NCBI GenBank assembly: GCA_038127095.1
Contig: JAYPGZ010000001.1
Location: 72,205-136,204, forward strand
Source of the DNA: Candidatus Roizmanbacteria bacterium
GTDB lineage: Bacteria > Patescibacteriota > Microgenomatia > UBA1406 > HO2-37-13b
Direction of reading: 5' to 3'
Length of the DNA stretch: 64,000 nt
Both the position numbers and the translations under genes were made by a program. Under the pieces are notes generated by a model that saw only the letters and a program-made list of their open reading frames with translations, ran no database searches and was not told where the DNA came from. How positions within the stretch are numbered: the first letter of the stretch is position 1; each line of letters opens with the position of its first letter. Positions 59,231 through 64,000 of the stretch are shown here, piece by piece.

Positions 59231-61012
59231 TTAATATTCCTCAAGCGTAGAAGTATCCCCAATTGGCAACCCTAGTTCTTTTGCACGCAATACTCGTCGC
59301 ATAATTTTGCCTGAGCGAGTTTTGGGAAGTTTGTCTATAAATTCAATTTCTTTCGGATATGCGTGGCCGGCAAGATTCTTTTTCACAAATTCCGATAACT
59401 CCTCTTTTAGATGTTCTGAAGGCTTAACGTCTTTTTGAAGAACTACAAATGCTTTAATAATAGATCCTCGAATTGGGTCAGGTTTACCAATAACACCTGC
59501 TTCAACTACGGCGCCATGTTCAATAAGCGCAGATTCAACTTCAAATGGTCCAACACGTTCTCCTGACGTCTTGATTACATCATCAGCACGTCCGACAAAC
59601 CAGTAATATCCATCTTCATCTTTCATGGCTAGATCGCCCGTATAATAAAGTCGCTTATTTGCCAATCCTTTAACGCGCTCAAAATACGATTCGAATTTAA
59701 CCGGTCTTCTCCAGAGTTTTTTCATAATCGATGGCCAGTTAGGTTCAAATGCCAAATTCCCTGTTTGTCCTGTTTTGAGAATTTCTCCGTCGTCTGAAAC
59801 AATATGGGGAATAATTCCAGGGAAAGGTTTTCCCATGCTTCCAGGTTTTATGGGAAGTGTTGGAAAATTTGACATTAAAATCCCTCCTGTTTCAGTTTGC
59901 CAATATGTATCATGAAATGGTAATCCAAAGACTTTTTCTCCCCAGACAACAAGTTCCGGATTGAGTGGTTCTCCTACACTTGCAATGTGGCGAAGCGATG
60001 ATAGATCATGACGTTCAACTACAGCATCACCTGCTGCAGCAAGCATTCGAATAGCGGTTGGAGCCGTGTACCATACATTTACTCGATACTTTTGAATTAT
60101 TTCGTACCATGTGTCTGGATCAAATCGTCCTGCGTGAACAACAGTAGATGCTCCACAAGCCCATGTGCCTAAAATTTCATATACAATGCCGGTAACCCAG
60201 CCCGGATCGGCAGTGCACCAATAAACATCGTCTTCTCGGATATCAAGAACCCATTTTGATGTTAAATATTCATGTACGATTGCCTTATGAGCATGTACTA
60301 CGCCTTTGGGTTTGCCTGTAGTTCCCGATGTATAAAGCATAAAGGCATCATCATCTTGATCGGTATGCATTACGTGTAAGTTTTTAGATTGCATGCTTAT
60401 TTCATGTGAAAATCCTTTGTCGACAAGTAACACTCTTTTAAGGTGGTGTAGGTCTTTACGGACACTTTCCAAGCGTTTGGAAAGGTCGCTGGTGGTAATG
60501 AGCACTTTTGCTTGTGATTGATCAAGTCGATCAAATAGCGCCTGAGGTCCAAAAGCACTAAACATTGTGCCAGCAACAGCGCCGATTTTGAGCGTTGCTA
60601 TAAACGCGCAATACAATTCCGGAATTCGAGGTAAAAACAAAAATACACGATCTCCTTTTGTTACCCCAAGACTTTTGAGATAATTTGCGATTTGATTTGA
60701 AATTTCCTCAATTTCAAGAAATGTATATTTCTTACTTTCTCCGTTATCACCTTCCCAGTACAATGCAATTTTATTTTTTCTATCTCCGAGCGCATTTTTT
60801 GTAATCGCGTTGTATGCAGCGTTAATTTTATTGTGTTCAAACCAAACAAGCTCTTGAGTGTATTGGTCATAATTAAAGTACTTACACGCTTCATCGTAAT
60901 TTTCTAAGTTTGGGTTTTTTTTGAATTTCTCTTTGTGAATAATTTTAGGAATATGCATATATTCATGGTAGTTAACTGCGCGCGTTTTGTCAATTGAAAT
61001 ACACAGGTGCAA
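59231..61012 (-). CDS. acs: AMP-forming acetyl-/acyl-CoA synthetase
   Basis: YTSGTTGKPKGV AMP-binding motif, ...YGQTE..., C-terminal ...RSGKIMRR; alternative start at Met 60958. Confidence 0.75.
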   Translation of the reverse strand: MHLCISIDKTRAVNYHEYMHIPKIIHKEKFKKNPNLENYDEACKYFNYDQYTQELVWFEHNKINAAYNAITKNALGDRKNKIALYWEGDNGESKKYTFLEIEEISNQIANYLKSLGVTKGDRVFLFLPRIPELYCAFIATLKIGAVAGTMFSAFGPQALFDRLDQSQAKVLITTSDLSKRLESVRKDLHHLKRVLLVDKGFSHEISMQSKNLHVMHTDQDDDAFMLYTSGTTGKPKGVVHAHKAIVHEYLTSKWVLDIREDDVYWCTADPGWVTGIVYEILGTWACGASTVVHAGRFDPDTWYEIIQKYRVNVWYTAPTAIRMLAAAGDAVVERHDLSSLRHIASVGEPLNPELVVWGEKVFGLPFHDTYWQTETGGILMSNFPTLPIKPGSMGKPFPGIIPHIVSDDGEILKTGQTGNLAFEPNWPSIMKKLWRRPVKFESYFERVKGLANKRLYYTGDLAMKDEDGYYWFVGRADDVIKTSGERVGPFEVESALIEHGAVVEAGVIGKPDPIRGSIIKAFVVLQKDVKPSEHLKEELSEFVKKNLAGHAYPKEIEFIDKLPKTRSGKIMRRVLRAKELGLPIGDTSTLEEY

Positions 61013-61030
61013 TTCTTATACTTATTATGT

Positions 61031-61933
61031 ATGTACGACCTTATTACCATAGGAAATGTTGTAATGGATTTGTATTTCAAGGGTACTTCTTTACCCTCAA
61101 AAGATGGTCATTTCAATTTGTCTATCGGTGGGAAATATCCCGTTGATTACTTTCATGAAAGTGTAGGTGGAAGTGGCGCAAATGTTGCAATTGGCGCAAG
61201 TAACCAAGGCTTGAGTACTGCTGTTCTAGCGAAAATTGGCGCAAACAGTTTTAAACAAATTATTTTGCAGAAATTGTTAAAGAAAATGGTTTCTACCGAA
61301 TTCTTACTTGATGATACCGATTATATGAATGTCTCATCGATCCTTTTATCGGAAACGGGTGAAAAGACAGTTATTCATTATGCCACTCCACACGAAACAC
61401 TGGAAATATCGGACACCATGAAAAAAAATTTGCTCAATACTAAGGCGGTTTTTATGGGTAGTTTGCCGGGAATTACTGTATCGGAACGAGTGCAATTACT
61501 TTCGTACTTTGCTGATGCTCAAAAAAAAGTGATGCTGGGAATTGGTGCCATGGAAATTAAAGATGGACTTGATAAGCTGACTCCATTATTGAATTGTGCC
61601 CAGATTTTGATTTTAAATGGGCACGAATATGCAGATTTGATACATAAGGAATACGAGAAGGTCGCATTTGACGCTGACTGTTCAAAAGCCATAGGTTTTG
61701 GAAAGAAAACACTTATTGTTACTGATGGTTCCAATGGTAGTTATGTGTACGATGCTGGAAAAGTACATCATCAACCTGCGATGAAGGCTAACGTCGTAGA
61801 TACCACGGGTGCAGGAGATGCATTCTGTGCTGGATTTATTGCTGCTTATGTAAAAGATGAATCTCTTGAGGAATCTATGAAAGCTGCAAGCTTATATGCA
61901 AGTAAGATTGTTGAACGAGTTGGGGCAAATTAA
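61031..61933 (+). CDS. PfkB-family carbohydrate/ribokinase-like kinase
   Basis: DTTGAGDAFCAGFIAAY signature 2; start set at Met (MYDLITIGNVV). Confidence 0.65.
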   Translation: MYDLITIGNVVMDLYFKGTSLPSKDGHFNLSIGGKYPVDYFHESVGGSGANVAIGASNQGLSTAVLAKIGANSFKQIILQKLLKKMVSTEFLLDDTDYMNVSSILLSETGEKTVIHYATPHETLEISDTMKKNLLNTKAVFMGSLPGITVSERVQLLSYFADAQKKVMLGIGAMEIKDGLDKLTPLLNCAQILILNGHEYADLIHKEYEKVAFDADCSKAIGFGKKTLIVTDGSNGSYVYDAGKVHHQPAMKANVVDTTGAGDAFCAGFIAAYVKDESLEESMKAASLYASKIVERVGAN

Positions 61934-61976
61934 TAATGTTTGTTTGGTAACCTACGATAAGAACAGCAAAATTATA

Positions 61977-63608
61977 TTAAACTTCTTCGAGTAAGTTTCT
62001 ACCAATCATATCACGAGGAACTGATACACCCATCAAATGGAGGACTGTGGGAGCAACATCTGCCAAAATTCCTGATTGTAATCGAACAGGCTTGCCTTTA
62101 AGTTCATTACTGATTGCAATAAACGGCACAGGGTTACTGGTATGTTCAGTCGACATTGCACCAGTGGCTTTATTCAATTTTTCTTCAACATTACCATGAT
62201 CTGCAGTAATTAATACTGCATAATCTTGTTGCAAAGCTGCAGTTACCACCTGATCTAAACACGTATCGAGTGTGCTGACAGCTTTAATACAGGCATTAAT
62301 ATCGCCCGTATGGCCGACCATGTCGGCATTGGCATAATTGACAAGGATAAATTGATACTTTTTTTCCTGAATTTTCTTAATAAGTACATTCGTAATTTCA
62401 TTTGCCGACATTTCGGGTTTTTGGTTATACATTGGGACTTTTGGCGATGGAACAATGAGGTGATCTTCTAGGGGAAATGCACCTTCGCGTAGCCCATTAA
62501 AATAGAATGTTACAAAACGTTCTTTTTCACTCTCTGATACCCTCAATTGAGGAATATTATGGTCTGATAAAATTCTTCCAAGAGGCATTGCTACTCCATG
62601 TGGTGGAAACGCAACCTGCACAGGTACGTCACGTTCATATTCAGTCATTGTAATAAAAGTTAAGTTTCGAATTCGTGGACCGCGCTTAAATGGAGGCTGG
62701 ATAATTTGTTCATTGATATCTACATGTTTTTTAAAATACTTAGTAGCGTACGGATCATACGATGTAATTTTATTGGCATCTTGTTCAAAATGTTCCAGTG
62801 TAAATGCACGGGTAAGTTCGCGCGGACGGTCAATACGATAGTTAAAGAAAATTACGGTATCCCCTTCTCCTACAAGCGCAACGGGCTTGTCGTTTTCAAC
62901 AATATTTGTTGGTAATATAAATTCATCTGTTGCTTTGTTGTCATATGATTTTTTTATCGCATCCGACCAATTTGCAGCCTTTTCACCGATTCCTTGTGTA
63001 TAGCATACATATGCCTTTTCCACACGATCCCAGCGCTTATCTCGATCCATTGCATAGTACCTTCCCGTAATTGATGCAATTTTACCTCGACCATACTGTT
63101 TACATTTTTGATCAATCTGTTCAAGGAATGTTTGTGCTGACTGAGGAGGAGAATCACGTCCATCGGTAATTGCATGAATAAATACATTTTGAACATCTTG
63201 CTTTTGGCATAATTCAAGCAGTGCATATAAATGATCAATACTGGCGTGTACTGTTCCTGCGCCGACTAATCCTAGGATATGTAGGTTTTTACCTGTTTTC
63301 TTGACGTTGTTTAATGCATTTAAAAACACTTCGTTTTTATTAAATGAACCATCGGCAATAGCAAGGTTTATACGTGGTAGACTTTGGTATATTATTCTTC
63401 CTGCACCCATGTTTAAATGACCAACTTCGGTATTTCCAGGTTCAGTTGCAGGAAGACCCACCGCTTCCCCAGATGCTTTAAGTTGAGTGGTTGGATATAA
63501 GTGTAAAAATGAGTCGATATGAGAAATGGATGCTGCAGAAATTGGATTGCCCGGACCTGCGGGTGCAACTCCGAACCCATCTAGTACAATTAAGATTACC
63601 GGTGTCAT
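61977..63608 (-). CDS. gpmI: 2,3-bisphosphoglycerate-independent phosphoglycerate mutase
   Basis: MTPVILIVLDGFGVAP... and overall iPGM architecture (DHGN, HTG motifs). Confidence 0.85.
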   Translation of the reverse strand: MTPVILIVLDGFGVAPAGPGNPISAASISHIDSFLHLYPTTQLKASGEAVGLPATEPGNTEVGHLNMGAGRIIYQSLPRINLAIADGSFNKNEVFLNALNNVKKTGKNLHILGLVGAGTVHASIDHLYALLELCQKQDVQNVFIHAITDGRDSPPQSAQTFLEQIDQKCKQYGRGKIASITGRYYAMDRDKRWDRVEKAYVCYTQGIGEKAANWSDAIKKSYDNKATDEFILPTNIVENDKPVALVGEGDTVIFFNYRIDRPRELTRAFTLEHFEQDANKITSYDPYATKYFKKHVDINEQIIQPPFKRGPRIRNLTFITMTEYERDVPVQVAFPPHGVAMPLGRILSDHNIPQLRVSESEKERFVTFYFNGLREGAFPLEDHLIVPSPKVPMYNQKPEMSANEITNVLIKKIQEKKYQFILVNYANADMVGHTGDINACIKAVSTLDTCLDQVVTAALQQDYAVLITADHGNVEEKLNKATGAMSTEHTSNPVPFIAISNELKGKPVRLQSGILADVAPTVLHLMGVSVPRDMIGRNLLEEV

Positions 63609-63622
63609 AGAAACAATTCATT

Positions 63623-64000
63623 CTACTTGTTTGCAAGCTCTTTTTCAATCGCAAGAAGGCGGTTGTATTTGGCAACTCGCTCGCCTCGTACTGGGGCACC
63701 GAACTTAACGAAGTCGGCCTGTATCGCGACAGCCATGTCTGCAATAATCGTGTCGGTAGTTTCTCCGAGTCGATGCGAAAAAATTACTTTGTGCCCGGCT
63801 TTTTTAATAGTGTTTACGTATGTAAGGATATCGCTTACAGTTGGAACCTGATTAAATTTAACCAAGATGCTATTACATGCTTTTTCTTTAATTGCTTTCT
63901 CAAGTCGTGACTGATTTCCTGCAACAAAGTCATCGCCTACAACATATGTTTTTTCTCCTGTCTTTTCCATTATTTTTTTCCAGCCGTCATAGTCTTCTTC
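63623..64000 (-). CDS. eno: enolase, C-terminal part (gene continues beyond window end)
   Basis: ...NSILVKFNQVPTVSDILTYVNTIKKAGHKVIFSHRLGETTDTIIADMAVA...RGERVAKYNRLLAIEKEL matches the enolase C-terminus; the reading frame stays open to 64000. Confidence 0.8.
   Translation of the reverse strand, partial: EEDYDGWKKIMEKTGEKTYVVGDDFVAGNQSRLEKAIKEKACNSILVKFNQVPTVSDILTYVNTIKKAGHKVIFSHRLGETTDTIIADMAVAIQADFVKFGAPVRGERVAKYNRLLAIEKELANK

Noticed and set aside
1-64000. CRISPR array
   Set aside because: No run of regularly spaced direct repeats was seen anywhere in the window

Overview
This reads as a low-GC, small-protein bacterial chromosome segment, possibly Patescibacteria/CPR-like, though that is inference from gene content and protein sizes only. 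Housekeeping DNA-repair and core genes frame the window: NUDIX, ruvC-ruvA-ruvB, a tRNA cluster, DedA, secG, uvrC, uvrA, uvrB, rsmI, acs, a PfkB kinase, gpmI and a partial eno. Directly after ruvB lies tRNA-Leu(GAG), and a large serine recombinase gene overlaps its 3' end. From there about 38 kb looks like an integrated mobile island. It carries type-IV-secretion/conjugation-like genes (VirD4/TraG-like coupling ATPase, TrbC/VirB2-like pilin, VirB6-like, VirB4-like ATPase, M23 peptidase), a Replic_Relax protein, RadC, DUF2958, a second large serine recombinase and a PLD/Nuc-like nuclease. It also holds a tight minus-strand operon: SNF2 helicase, an unknown 156-aa protein, Type III Mod and Res, a Cas4-like PD-(D/E)xK nuclease and a membrane trypsin-like protease, followed by a RelA/SpoT-type HD alarmone hydrolase. 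The most striking element is a complete diversity-generating retroelement (DGR): a reverse transcriptase with the DGR-type LGNLTSQ motif, an Avd-like four-helix protein, and a 112-nt TR/VR pair that differ only at template adenines. The VR is the C-terminal lectin-like tail of an intracellular MoxR-like AAA ATPase, which sits in an operon with a transglutaminase-like plus vWA protein. No CRISPR array was found. All family assignments are from reading motifs in the translations; no database searches were run.
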